Sequence record: MT995927.1
Length of the DNA stretch: 64,000 nt
Strand: one strand, 5' to 3'
Numbering within the stretch: the stretch's first letter is position 1; each line of letters opens with the position of its first letter. A program made the translations under genes and the position numbers. Below are positions 28,902 through 42,633 of the stretch, piece by piece. The notes below the pieces were generated by a model that was not told the DNA's origin, did no database searches, and saw only the letters and a program-made list of their open reading frames with translations.

Positions 28902-30323
28902 ATGTCTAAAAAGAATCAACGATTTGGAAAGTTTCCTCAACTCAATCGTTTACCTGAAAAACCCATTGTCAAAGACGAAGTTTTATCAGAAGAAACTGAA
29001 GAAAAGCCAACTTCTGAAATTGGTCGAGGATTAACAAATATTGAATTAGTATCTCCTGAGGAAGTATATGCTACAGCAGATGATATTAATTCATCAGTTA
29101 ATGCAGTTAACGATACTTCAGAATTAGCTAAAGTTAACGTAGATGCACTGCGTACTGGCTATGATATTCCTGAAACATGGACAGATGAAAATGTCATTGA
29201 ATGGTTTACCAATGATGGCATTGCTAAAGGTAAAACTGAACTCGGTAGCTTTGTATTTGACCCAACCCGTAAATATCGTCCTTATGATGAATGGTCAGAT
29301 GATGAACTAATCGATGCTGCTAACCATCGTCTAACTGGTGTAGTTAATGATATCGCAGATATTGCTGATGATATTTTAACTAAACGGGCTAAAGAGAATG
29401 AGACTACTGAGGAAGTAATTGTACCGGTAGTTAATGAAGATACTCTGAAACAAGATATTCGCAATACTGAAGACAGTATCAAGCTTGAAGAATTAGTCAA
29501 GCAACTGCGTATTCACACTAGTAATATTCCACTAGATTGGTCTACCCAAGAAGTGGTTGATTTTGTTAAACAAGGTATTACTCCACCAAAAACACTACGT
29601 GGTAGTTGGGTCAATAGTGTTATTCGTGATAATGCTCCACCTACCGATTGGACGACAGCAGAGCTTGAAGACTGGGCTGAAGGACTTATTAAAAATAGTA
29701 ATCTGATAAAAGATTTTAAAATTGCTATTGAGTTACGCGATCGCTTATTCTTACCTACCACTAGTCAAGATATTGAAACTATTGTTGAACAATGGAAAGT
29801 ATTCTCTGGTAAAGATGATATTAAACCAACCGGGGAAGTTAAAATCTTGAATAGTGAATCAACATCTAATGAACCTGTACTTCGTAAAGGTATGACCAAA
29901 ATGAACCAAGTATTTATCGAATCTCGTCTAGAGCAGTTTGCCACTGGTGCTAAACCTGGTGACTATATCACTATCGAACGTGGTGGCGATGCACAAAAGA
30001 AACTAGATGATGTATTCAACTACGTAATGACAATCGAAGATATTGAAGGCTTTAAATCAGGCATGGATATTATCTTTGATTTCGTTAAGAAAAATCGTAA
30101 TACTCTATTTAGTGAATCTAACGCACTTCGCTTTGTTGCTACTCTACCTACTCAGAATAACCGTCAAGAAGCACACATTAATCTTCTTACTCTATTCTGC
30201 CTATTTACTAGTGATGTATCAGATGCGCTTTATCAGGTAGATATTAACTATCTTGCACGTTTCATCCCTGAAGGTAAGCGGCAACTCGTTCTACACTTCT
30301 TCCGGCAGAAAGCTGGTATGTAA
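28902..30323 (+). CDS. Hypothetical protein, 473 aa, with internal PxxW(S/T)xxE repeats (gp81-like)
   Basis: Long ORF with SD AAGGA. Confidence 0.8.
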   Translation: MSKKNQRFGKFPQLNRLPEKPIVKDEVLSEETEEKPTSEIGRGLTNIELVSPEEVYATADDINSSVNAVNDTSELAKVNVDALRTGYDIPETWTDENVIEWFTNDGIAKGKTELGSFVFDPTRKYRPYDEWSDDELIDAANHRLTGVVNDIADIADDILTKRAKENETTEEVIVPVVNEDTLKQDIRNTEDSIKLEELVKQLRIHTSNIPLDWSTQEVVDFVKQGITPPKTLRGSWVNSVIRDNAPPTDWTTAELEDWAEGLIKNSNLIKDFKIAIELRDRLFLPTTSQDIETIVEQWKVFSGKDDIKPTGEVKILNSESTSNEPVLRKGMTKMNQVFIESRLEQFATGAKPGDYITIERGGDAQKKLDDVFNYVMTIEDIEGFKSGMDIIFDFVKKNRNTLFSESNALRFVATLPTQNNRQEAHINLLTLFCLFTSDVSDALYQVDINYLARFIPEGKRQLVLHFFRQKAGM

Positions 30324-30324
30324 A

Positions 30325-30356
30325 CATATTGCCTCCCCTAGGGGAGGCTTTATGCT
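30325..30356 (+). terminator. CATA-hairpin-TTATG element
   Basis: GCCTCCCC-TA-GGGGAGGC followed by TTTATG. Confidence 0.75.
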
Positions 30357-30424
30357 GATTATTACTTTTACTAGGCACTAATATAGTACGTAGATAAATA
30401 TCAATATGTGCTGAGGTTATAGCA

Positions 30425-32341
30425 ATGTCTAATGAACAACAGGTTACAAATAAGAAAAAGATTAAGGGCATTGAAGCCAAACATATTACTTATTGTACTG
30501 ATCAATTTGGTAAGTTTACAGATGCACATTTCGTTAAAGAACGAATTCATTTTGAAGATGGTACAACTGCAAATAATTTAAGGATGTGGGAAAACTACCA
30601 GCGTCCTTTTTGGATTACCGCAAAAGGAATGCGTAACCATAAAGAAAAGAAAGATTACGAATATGAGCGTAACTTAGTTAAATACATGTCAACTCAAATT
30701 GACATGAAACGTAAGATTAGTAAAATCCTAGGTGACTATTCGGCTAGATCTCTTCGTCAACTAGCGCGTAGTCCTTACCTATATGGCAGTGATGTTAGTT
30801 CAACCTGTTATCTGAAGCATGATTATCAAGAACGTTATCCTGGTCTAATCTCTCTAAACACTGTTGCTGGCGGTGACATCGAAACCAACGTTTATGAAGC
30901 TGAGAACGATGGCCAGATTATCTGTATGTCAGTTACACATAAGAACAAAGCTTTCCTAGCCTATTTAAAACGATGGGTTAGTGATATTGAAGATCCAGTG
31001 AAAGAGACATTAGAACAAGCACAAAAAGAAGAGGTATTATCACATCTAATTAAAGAACGTGGTCTAGATATTGAAGTAATGGTTGTTGAAACACCAGTAG
31101 ATATTATTATTGAATGTTTTAAACGACTACATACCTGGAAACCAGATTTCTTCGCATTCTGGAATATTAGCTTCGACATTGGTAGAATCTTAAAAACATT
31201 AGAACACTATGGTGTTAATCCAGCTGATGTTTTTTCTGATCCATCGGTACCTAAGAATTATAGGTATTTCCATTTTAAGATTGATGAACCTATGACCACC
31301 ACTGCATCTGGGGTCACTAAATCTAAAGGACCGGAGGATCAATGGCATTGGATTACAGCACCCTCTAGTTTTCAATGTATCGATTCTATGTCAACTTATC
31401 GAGTAACTCGATTAGCTAAAGGACGTGATCCTAACTATCGGTTAGAGTCTATTCTTAGAAAAGAACTAAACATCGATAAATCCACGACCATTAAAAATGA
31501 TAAGGACTTAGAAGATTTTATTGAAGGTTTTAATAAACAACTAGTTGACCGACCAGGCGGCGTTATTACTAAATATATTAAAAATGTAGGTAGTAATGAA
31601 TGGGTACCGGTGGATGATTTTATATTAAATGATAACTTTACCTATGGTGATTCTATTAGATATGTAATGGAATTTGGTAAGTTAACCTTTAAAGAAACTG
31701 CACATCTTGGTGGTATCGATTGGCACCGTGAGATGCAGACTAAGCATAAAATCAAATATGGTCTTTATAACATCATCGACTCCATTCGACTAGAACAACT
31801 TGATGAACAAGTAAATGACCTTGGTCGCTCTATAAGTCTATTCTCTAAGGCATCTGACTATAAGAACTTTAGTTCTAACCCAAAACGACTATGTGACGAT
31901 ATGCACTTCTGGTATTTGAATAGACCAGAGCCATGTGTCATTGGTTCAAGTTCAGATCAGATGGTGCATGAACTTGATCAATATGTTATTGGCCATAATG
32001 ATTGGATTGTTACACTACCATCATACATGGCAGGTCCAAATGGATTGCAGTGTGTTAAAGATTTACCGAATTATAAAACCTTAATCTTCTGTCATATCGC
32101 CGACCTTGACATCGTGTCGACATATCCTAACGTTAGTCAGATTCTAAATATTGCACGTGAAACATGTGTGATGGAATTCTCAATGATGGAAGGAATTAGT
32201 GAACACCATCGCCGTGAAGTTGGCGTAAACTTAACAGGTGGTAGGGTTAATGCTATTGAAATCACACAGAAGATCATGGGTGCTCCTAAAATGGACACCC
32301 TGCTAGAGAAGTTTATTAATACCTATAAGAACCCAAAGTAA
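30425..32341 (+). CDS. Split family-B DNA polymerase subunit: 3'-5' exonuclease plus motif A (gp82-like)
   Basis: ExoI GDIETN, ExoII WNISFDIGRI, ExoIII YNIID, PolB motif A DIVSTYPN; motifs B and C are absent. Confidence 0.8.
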   Translation: MSNEQQVTNKKKIKGIEAKHITYCTDQFGKFTDAHFVKERIHFEDGTTANNLRMWENYQRPFWITAKGMRNHKEKKDYEYERNLVKYMSTQIDMKRKISKILGDYSARSLRQLARSPYLYGSDVSSTCYLKHDYQERYPGLISLNTVAGGDIETNVYEAENDGQIICMSVTHKNKAFLAYLKRWVSDIEDPVKETLEQAQKEEVLSHLIKERGLDIEVMVVETPVDIIIECFKRLHTWKPDFFAFWNISFDIGRILKTLEHYGVNPADVFSDPSVPKNYRYFHFKIDEPMTTTASGVTKSKGPEDQWHWITAPSSFQCIDSMSTYRVTRLAKGRDPNYRLESILRKELNIDKSTTIKNDKDLEDFIEGFNKQLVDRPGGVITKYIKNVGSNEWVPVDDFILNDNFTYGDSIRYVMEFGKLTFKETAHLGGIDWHREMQTKHKIKYGLYNIIDSIRLEQLDEQVNDLGRSISLFSKASDYKNFSSNPKRLCDDMHFWYLNRPEPCVIGSSSDQMVHELDQYVIGHNDWIVTLPSYMAGPNGLQCVKDLPNYKTLIFCHIADLDIVSTYPNVSQILNIARETCVMEFSMMEGISEHHRREVGVNLTGGRVNAIEITQKIMGAPKMDTLLEKFINTYKNPK

Positions 32342-32709
32342 TATATCAGTGGAAGCGCCGAGGAGGATATGAATGTTCATCTGTTGGTGACAAAAGATTC
32401 TCGGCTCTTTACGCAAGGCTTCCTGATGGCAGAACAATTGAGGAAGCTTGGCAGTTAGATTGTAAAGGATATCGCATATACTCCAACCATTGGAAAGCTG
32501 GTAAAGGAAAACCACCACTAGACGGGTATAATCCCAAATATGATGATTATAAAAATCTGTGGAAAGTATGGGCGGTATCTAATAAACATCTAATGGATGA
32601 ATTGCGTCAGAATGCAAAAGAACATGATAACTATCTTTCTGATGTTTTTGCTTCTACTGATATTTCACAGGCACGTGCTCTAGCAGAACTACTTAATGAA
32701 GGATATTAA
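32341..32709 (+). CDS. Hidden 122-codon gene, NADAR-like phage protein, with no canonical start (ATA overlapping the upstream TAA)
   Basis: Hand translation IYQWKRRGGYECSSVGDKRFSALYARLPDGRTIEEAWQLDCKGY...SQARALAELLNEGY; fills an otherwise empty gap. Confidence 0.65.
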   Translation: MYQWKRRGGYECSSVGDKRFSALYARLPDGRTIEEAWQLDCKGYRIYSNHWKAGKGKPPLDGYNPKYDDYKNLWKVWAVSNKHLMDELRQNAKEHDNYLSDVFASTDISQARALAELLNEGY

Positions 32710-32777
32710 AAAATGGAAGGTATTCCTAATTAAATATTATCAATTGATCATTACTGCTAACATAAACTTCGACACAT

Positions 32778-32812
32778 CATAAAACCCTCCCATTACGGGA
32801 GGGTTTATTTCG
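32778..32812. terminator. Bidirectional terminator
   Basis: AAACCCTCCC-ATTAC-GGGAGGGTTT between convergent genes. Confidence 0.8.
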
Positions 32813-34327
32813 TTAACTAATTTGGTATTTTAAATTCTGATTACCGTTTAGAACATAAATCTTACCGTCATTATTAAACGTATTGGCAAAACCTGCATCC
32901 ACTAAACCAGTTTCTAAATTACCTAAATTTATCCATCGTGCTAATCGTGGTTCATAATACTTAATTGGTGCGTTATTTTGATTTTCACCAGCGATTACAT
33001 AAAGTTCACCAGATGGGCGTATATTAATAGCTGCACCAAGAGGTATACCTGTAGTTATTGGTTTGGACCAATTATTGTTGGTTTGATTGTACGATATGAT
33101 TCCAGTATTAACACCAGCACCAACCGTACCACCAATAACGCATACGCTATTATTATAAATACTCACTGAATAATCTTGGGTATATTCCCCAGTATCATTA
33201 AATGCTGCACCACTGGTATATGTATCTGTAGTTGGATTGTACATTAATGTAAATCCACGATTATTTGTCGCAGTTGTATCAGCTGCACCTAATATGTAGA
33301 TTAACCCATTAAGACTAGTTCCACGTGCATACCGGCAAGCTATCGTGCCTGGTGATTTTATTTCCCATGTATTAGTTGCAGGATCATAACACTGCATATC
33401 TTTAGTAAGTACACCATCTGTGGCACTTTCACCACCATAGAAATATACTTTACCATTAAATGCAACAGCCGAGCATTGTTTAACTGCTATAGGCGTACCA
33501 GTTGGTTGTAATGTTGTTAACTTACCCGTGACTAAATTCAGTGTACGTAGAGCAGTATTAGCATTATTCTTACCACCGTAATAATAGACTAAGTTACCTA
33601 TTTGGGCACCTGCTGCCATTTCGTTATCAGTTTCAAAATCAGTAAGTTTAATAACATTATCTTTAACGAATGGATATGTACCACTAGCATAAACCACTGG
33701 ACGCCAACCTTGGGTTGCAGCACCCGTTTCACTACTTGACGAGCTAGTTATATCAATCGCATAGTAGCCACGATAGAGCTGGTCATTAACTGGATCACTA
33801 CCTGGGTCTCTTCCCCAGTTAGTAGTACCATCAGTGCTAATACCACCAGCGACCGCTTGGTTAATACCTAAGTCATTATCTGTAAATTTATAAGGCCAGT
33901 TAGCACCATTTAAATTAGATACGTGAACATTATAAAGTAACCTTTGCCATTCTGATGTGGCACCAGCCATTGTTAATAAACCAAATTTATAAATGTTCCC
34001 CATAAATCTAACTTCATAGTCACCATTACGGAGTCCGGCATTATTAAGCCGTGATTTTTGTATTGATTTACGAGCTGGTTTCTTTGGTATGTAACAAGTA
34101 ACATTTTTATTAGAGAACTTTAACCATGGTTGTCCATCATTGATTACTGTTCCAAATGTCATATTAACTAATTTAGCTGCATCATCATAACCAAATAATT
34201 CTGAAGATGTTGTTTCACCATACAAACCTAATTCCCTTGTCCCAGCTATCAGTGTTTTAGGACCTGGATAAGGATCGGAATATATAGGCGTATTTGTTAG
34301 TCCAGAAGACAACAATAACTCAAACAT
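32813..34327 (-). CDS. Virion-type protein with an N-terminal phiKZ tail/baseplate paralog domain and a six-bladed Kelch propeller (gp83-like)
   Basis: N-terminal PGP..L..G...G.YG...WLKF...YIPKKP; blades VYYYGG, VYFYGG, IYILG, VCVIGG, LYVIAG, IYVLNG. Confidence 0.65.
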   Translation of the reverse strand: MFELLLSSGLTNTPIYSDPYPGPKTLIAGTRELGLYGETTSSELFGYDDAAKLVNMTFGTVINDGQPWLKFSNKNVTCYIPKKPARKSIQKSRLNNAGLRNGDYEVRFMGNIYKFGLLTMAGATSEWQRLLYNVHVSNLNGANWPYKFTDNDLGINQAVAGGISTDGTTNWGRDPGSDPVNDQLYRGYYAIDITSSSSSETGAATQGWRPVVYASGTYPFVKDNVIKLTDFETDNEMAAGAQIGNLVYYYGGKNNANTALRTLNLVTGKLTTLQPTGTPIAVKQCSAVAFNGKVYFYGGESATDGVLTKDMQCYDPATNTWEIKSPGTIACRYARGTSLNGLIYILGAADTTATNNRGFTLMYNPTTDTYTSGAAFNDTGEYTQDYSVSIYNNSVCVIGGTVGAGVNTGIISYNQTNNNWSKPITTGIPLGAAINIRPSGELYVIAGENQNNAPIKYYEPRLARWINLGNLETGLVDAGFANTFNNDGKIYVLNGNQNLKYQIS

Positions 34328-34428
34328 TTTGTGTGCGCCTCTTTTATAATACGTAGTGCATAAGATTGAATTCTATACAACGCAGCCTTATCTTTATGAT
34401 TATAAATTAATACTGGTAGAGATATAAA

Positions 34429-35670
34429 ATGCTACATACGATAGAAATCTCTAATGAAGTGTTAGATGTGAATGTTAAGCGTGACTTAGGTCCATTGATC
34501 GAAGAACATCTAACCAAGATTCGTGATAAATTAGATAATCAACAGAGAATAGATATTAATGATTTTAGGTCACTGAGTGATGATGTTTCTAAGATCCTCA
34601 ATATGAATATAGAGTTTACACACCTGGATGATCAGGGTATAATGGGTGGTGCATACACATCCTTTACAGTTGGACATACTGGTAGTAAATTTGACAATAT
34701 TAATCGAGTTACTTTAGCAACTGAGCAAGGTGTCAATACATTCATTAATATTGATTTAACAAATTTAAAAGTTACGGGTGAGGCTGTTTCAACTTTTAAA
34801 TACAAGGTCGGTTTATCTATTGGTTTATTATCGGCTATTAACCGTGTTAGTATAGCAGAAGCTACTGCCATTACATTACATGAAATTGGGCATTGTTGGG
34901 AAACACTGGCTACAATGGGTGACTACGTCTATCTTAACTACGCACTTACTGAAGGTATACTTATCTTACAGGGTAGGAAAGCTAATAAGTATAAGATTCA
35001 ATTATTGGATGAAACATGGTTAAAGAAAAACGTTGATCCAGCCGATTATGAGAAGTTTGCTAATGATAGGACTGAAGGAAATATTCGTAAAGTCATTCTA
35101 TCATCATTTAAGAAAGCGCAACGTCCGCATTTAACTGGTGATGTTCAATCACGTAAACGCGATGAACAATTAGCTGATTTATTCGCCACTCGATTAGGTT
35201 ATGGAAGGCCACTGGCAACGGCATTAACTAAATCAGGTCGGTATTATAATGACCGTGAATATAAATCTGTTTCTAGCCATATTACTGCTGAGGTATTCAA
35301 AGGTCTATTTATGATCATTGGTTTACCTGTTACACTAGGTATCATTGCCGGTAATTTAAAAGTTGGATATGATCCAATTAGTTCACGTTATGACAAACAA
35401 CGACAACGTTTAATGAAAATTAAACAAGATCTAGTAGCACAACTTAAATGGGTAAAGGACTCATCACTAAAACCAGGAATTGATGATGACATTAAAGTAA
35501 TTGATTCATTGATAAATGATTTAGCTAATGAGTGGACCATTTTTGATAAAATTTTAGATTTCCTTAGTCCCCAGCGTCGTAAAGATAAACGGGCTACTGA
35601 ATTAGAAGATACTTTAGAAAGTCTATTAAATAATGACTTATTTGTAAGAGCCTACCGCTTAACTAAATAG
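34429..35670 (+). CDS. Virion protein with an M48-like zinc metallopeptidase motif (gp84-like)
   Basis: HEIGH and EQLADLFATRLGYG...LATAL; one hydrophobic helix. Confidence 0.65.
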   Translation: MLHTIEISNEVLDVNVKRDLGPLIEEHLTKIRDKLDNQQRIDINDFRSLSDDVSKILNMNIEFTHLDDQGIMGGAYTSFTVGHTGSKFDNINRVTLATEQGVNTFINIDLTNLKVTGEAVSTFKYKVGLSIGLLSAINRVSIAEATAITLHEIGHCWETLATMGDYVYLNYALTEGILILQGRKANKYKIQLLDETWLKKNVDPADYEKFANDRTEGNIRKVILSSFKKAQRPHLTGDVQSRKRDEQLADLFATRLGYGRPLATALTKSGRYYNDREYKSVSSHITAEVFKGLFMIIGLPVTLGIIAGNLKVGYDPISSRYDKQRQRLMKIKQDLVAQLKWVKDSSLKPGIDDDIKVIDSLINDLANEWTIFDKILDFLSPQRRKDKRATELEDTLESLLNNDLFVRAYRLTK

Positions 35671-35681
35671 AGAGAAAAATC

Positions 35682-36131
35682 ATGCAACAATTAGGTTTTG
35701 AACTTTCCCGTATTCTAAAGCAACTGCCTAACTTAGGTGGTTCTGATCGTAAAACCCGCGCAATGCTCCTAGCTAATGCGGTGGCATTACAGATTCCATT
35801 TGAGATTTTACTTGATTTCAATGAACAACAGGATAAAGCTGTTGCTAAATTTAAGAAAATCTTAAGTAAAGTTAATGAGAATATTGCAGTTGATACTAAA
35901 CTAGCCGTAACCTATTTTAACAATATTCTTCGCATTCGCCAAAGTCTTATCAACGGTATTACTGATCCATGTCTTGTCAAAGCTGTACTGACATCTGATA
36001 CCGCTAATGATTATCTAACTGTCGATGATATCAATATTGTCTCTGCCGTTGTTAATGGCCCAGATTATAACCGTATCCAAGCAGACATGGGTAATGCATT
36101 AAATCAATTAATCGGTAGTATTGATGAGTGA
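35682..36131 (+). CDS. Putative virion protein, 149 aa (gp85-like)
   Basis: SD GAGAG; lies in a structural operon. Confidence 0.75.
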   Translation: MQQLGFELSRILKQLPNLGGSDRKTRAMLLANAVALQIPFEILLDFNEQQDKAVAKFKKILSKVNENIAVDTKLAVTYFNNILRIRQSLINGITDPCLVKAVLTSDTANDYLTVDDINIVSAVVNGPDYNRIQADMGNALNQLIGSIDE

Positions 36132-36141
36132 GGTTAAACCC

Positions 36142-37410
36142 ATGTCTCATGTTAAAGAAGTAGATGTCGAAGAGGAAAAACTTTTCTTTGATGAGAACCA
36201 ACCAGAGATGGTTGAAGGCGAAGAAGAGACTGTTTCAAGTGCCTCGGCTCCTGAAATTTTAGCTAAGATGTGTGTAGCTGTCGAAGCGATTCATCAGCTA
36301 TCTGATATTTATGCAATCACTAAACTTGAAGGCGTATCAAAACCAGATGTTGATGGTATTCGAGCATTAGTTAAGCGCATGAGCACTGAAGGGTTTGAAG
36401 CTCCTAAGAAAGCAGTAGCTTCACTTGAGCAATATGCTTCTATGTTTACACCAACCCGTAGTACTCTTAATGTGACTATTTCTCAAGAGGCAGTGATGGC
36501 TACCATCATTAATACTCTTAAGACTTGGTTTGAGAAACTAATGGAACTATTTGCTAAGCTGATGCGTTGGATTAGTGATTTTAAGAAGCGTGATGTTGTT
36601 GTAGCAACTCGTTATGGAAAGATTGTCCGGGCAGTTGATCAAGCACGTACTCTCTTTCAAGAGTTACTAGTTAAAAATCGATTAGGTAATCGAAAGGATG
36701 CATTACTAGAAAAGTTTGATGCAATTGCACAATCAATCATTGATGATCCTAAAATCCTAGCTAGTCGTGTATATGCTGCTGCATTTGGTAGTGTATACTA
36801 CCAGAAAGAAATCATTAATATTAATAATGAAGCACGTACTGAACTAGGTACAATGGAAAAGCTAGTTGGCACTATCATTGAATATGTTAATTACAATGGT
36901 GACGATTATCGTGCACTTATGCCTATCGCTAATATCCGTGAGATTGGTAAACTAGCTACCCGGTGCAATGAACTATCTACAGTGTATCCTGATCGTTCAA
37001 GCATTCCAGATTTCCCTGATAAGAATTTCTGGAAAAACTCACATCTGTTAAAAGATCGTTTTGTCGCACCACTTGATGATTTGTTAAAAGCATATCGCAA
37101 TAGCAGTGATACTCTACGTAAGTTAAAGCAACTATCACGTAATTATAGTCAAGAAACTATTGATGCTATTGGTGAGTCTGTTCAATTAATCAACACTTCC
37201 CTTGAAGGTATGCGTCGTATTACTGATACGATGTTTGAATATTCTCAAGCACAATATCTAGCAGCTAGTTGCGTACTTAACTATTATGGTAAGTGTGCAC
37301 AAGTAGTTAGTGAAGATTATAAGATCCATGGCTTCAATGATGCTATTCGCGAATGGCAGCGTCGATTTGATAAAGTCATCGATGACTTTAAACGTGGTTA
37401 TGCAATGTAA
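36142..37410 (+). CDS. Internal head protein, likely protease-processed (gp86-like)
   Basis: SD GAGGT; acidic N-terminus with STE/SLE/SQE (S-x-E) sites. Confidence 0.7.
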   Translation: MSHVKEVDVEEEKLFFDENQPEMVEGEEETVSSASAPEILAKMCVAVEAIHQLSDIYAITKLEGVSKPDVDGIRALVKRMSTEGFEAPKKAVASLEQYASMFTPTRSTLNVTISQEAVMATIINTLKTWFEKLMELFAKLMRWISDFKKRDVVVATRYGKIVRAVDQARTLFQELLVKNRLGNRKDALLEKFDAIAQSIIDDPKILASRVYAAAFGSVYYQKEIININNEARTELGTMEKLVGTIIEYVNYNGDDYRALMPIANIREIGKLATRCNELSTVYPDRSSIPDFPDKNFWKNSHLLKDRFVAPLDDLLKAYRNSSDTLRKLKQLSRNYSQETIDAIGESVQLINTSLEGMRRITDTMFEYSQAQYLAASCVLNYYGKCAQVVSEDYKIHGFNDAIREWQRRFDKVIDDFKRGYAM

Positions 37411-37417
37411 AATACAA

Positions 37418-37448
37418 CATAATGCCCTCCCCTAGGGGAGGGCTTATG
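37418..37448. terminator. Bidirectional CATAA-hairpin-TTATG element
   Basis: GCCCTCCCC-TA-GGGGAGGGC between convergent stops. Confidence 0.8.
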
Positions 37449-37451
37449 ACC

Positions 37452-41423
<3,972 letters not shown>

Positions 41424-41459
41424 TTATAACTCTCTGCAAACCCATATAGGAAGAGAAAA

Positions 41460-42623
41460 ATGCCATTACCTGTAATCGCCGGAGCAGTAAGTTCTGCTCT
41501 GATGACTGTTGCTGCTGATCAAGGTGTACGTGGTCTAATGCAGACTGTCCTACAAGCCACTAAAAATGGTGTAGAGATTTCTTCTCTAACCGATCTAGCA
41601 CGTCCAACTCGTGTTGAACCATTGGTCATCGTAGACCAAACCTTAGTTGATCAACCTTACATGAAAGACGTTATGAAATTTGTTTCATCGTCTTTTACTG
41701 GTTATTATCTACAAGCTGTTAATATGCTTCTAGGTGTGGATAAGATTGATACTTTAAAAGTATTCGATACTATTAATCCTAACCGTACAGGTGTAACTCG
41801 CACTAGTGTATTCTCTGCCGAAGAGTATTCTGATGGTCTTCCTTCATTAGAGTCTTTTGAGAAGCCTGTGCATTTACCAAATATCGTCGCTGAACACTCA
41901 CATGAGCGTTGGGTAGCTTCAATGGAAGCGAATGACGAAAGTACAAGTGCACAAAGTATTTCTAGTGGTGATACACAAAAGATTTATGAAGTTGAAAACC
42001 TTGCCGTTGGTAAGCTGGTTAACGTTGATGTTAAATCAGGAAAGCAGAAAGCTAAAATTCCTGTTATGATCCGTTTAATTCCAGCCGCTGTTAGTCCTCA
42101 GATTATTGCGCACATCTTTAGTGCTGGTGGACGAGATACTTGGCTACATCGCCTATTTCTAGTAAAAACTGGTCAAATTAAATTCTGGCGTGACTTCGTT
42201 CTAGGTCAAGATATGATCGATGAACATTATCGCATTCTAATGAATGATAAATCAGGTGTTTATAAACAAATCACCGATCGCCGCCGTAACAACTGGAAAC
42301 AATCAGTTCGCAGTGGTACGGTTTCATTAGCAGATGCATCAAATATCGCGATTGTATCAACTTCAACTCTTAAAGCTGCTTCTAATTCTCTTTATGGTCG
42401 TATTGATGATTTCGCCACTCGGCAAAAGATCTTTGACAATAGCTATCTAATGATGCTTGTTGTTATTGATGACCGTTATGAGCGAGTAACTATTTATCAT
42501 CGTGGGGTTGATCTATCTACATCTCACCGACTTGATGAAATTAAAATGGCTGAAAAGAATAAAGGTCCGGATATCACTGAGATCTTTAAAATGATGAATA
42601 AAACCATGTCTACCAATATTTAA
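41460..42623 (+). CDS. Internal head/inner-body protein (gp89-like)
   Basis: SLE/SME S-x-E sites; synteny. Confidence 0.7.
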   Translation: MPLPVIAGAVSSALMTVAADQGVRGLMQTVLQATKNGVEISSLTDLARPTRVEPLVIVDQTLVDQPYMKDVMKFVSSSFTGYYLQAVNMLLGVDKIDTLKVFDTINPNRTGVTRTSVFSAEEYSDGLPSLESFEKPVHLPNIVAEHSHERWVASMEANDESTSAQSISSGDTQKIYEVENLAVGKLVNVDVKSGKQKAKIPVMIRLIPAAVSPQIIAHIFSAGGRDTWLHRLFLVKTGQIKFWRDFVLGQDMIDEHYRILMNDKSGVYKQITDRRRNNWKQSVRSGTVSLADASNIAIVSTSTLKAASNSLYGRIDDFATRQKIFDNSYLMMLVVIDDRYERVTIYHRGVDLSTSHRLDEIKMAEKNKGPDITEIFKMMNKTMSTNI

Positions 42624-42633
42624 GGACTGAGTG

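Noticed and set aside
32369-32458. 29-aa ORF after GAGGAGG
   Set aside because: SD-to-ATG spacing is only 2 nt, and the purine run is explained by the Arg-Gly-Gly codons of the overlapping gene.
32303-32518. 71-aa minus-strand ORF
   Set aside because: It is antisense to the polymerase end and to the hidden 122-codon plus-strand frame, which is far more protein-like.
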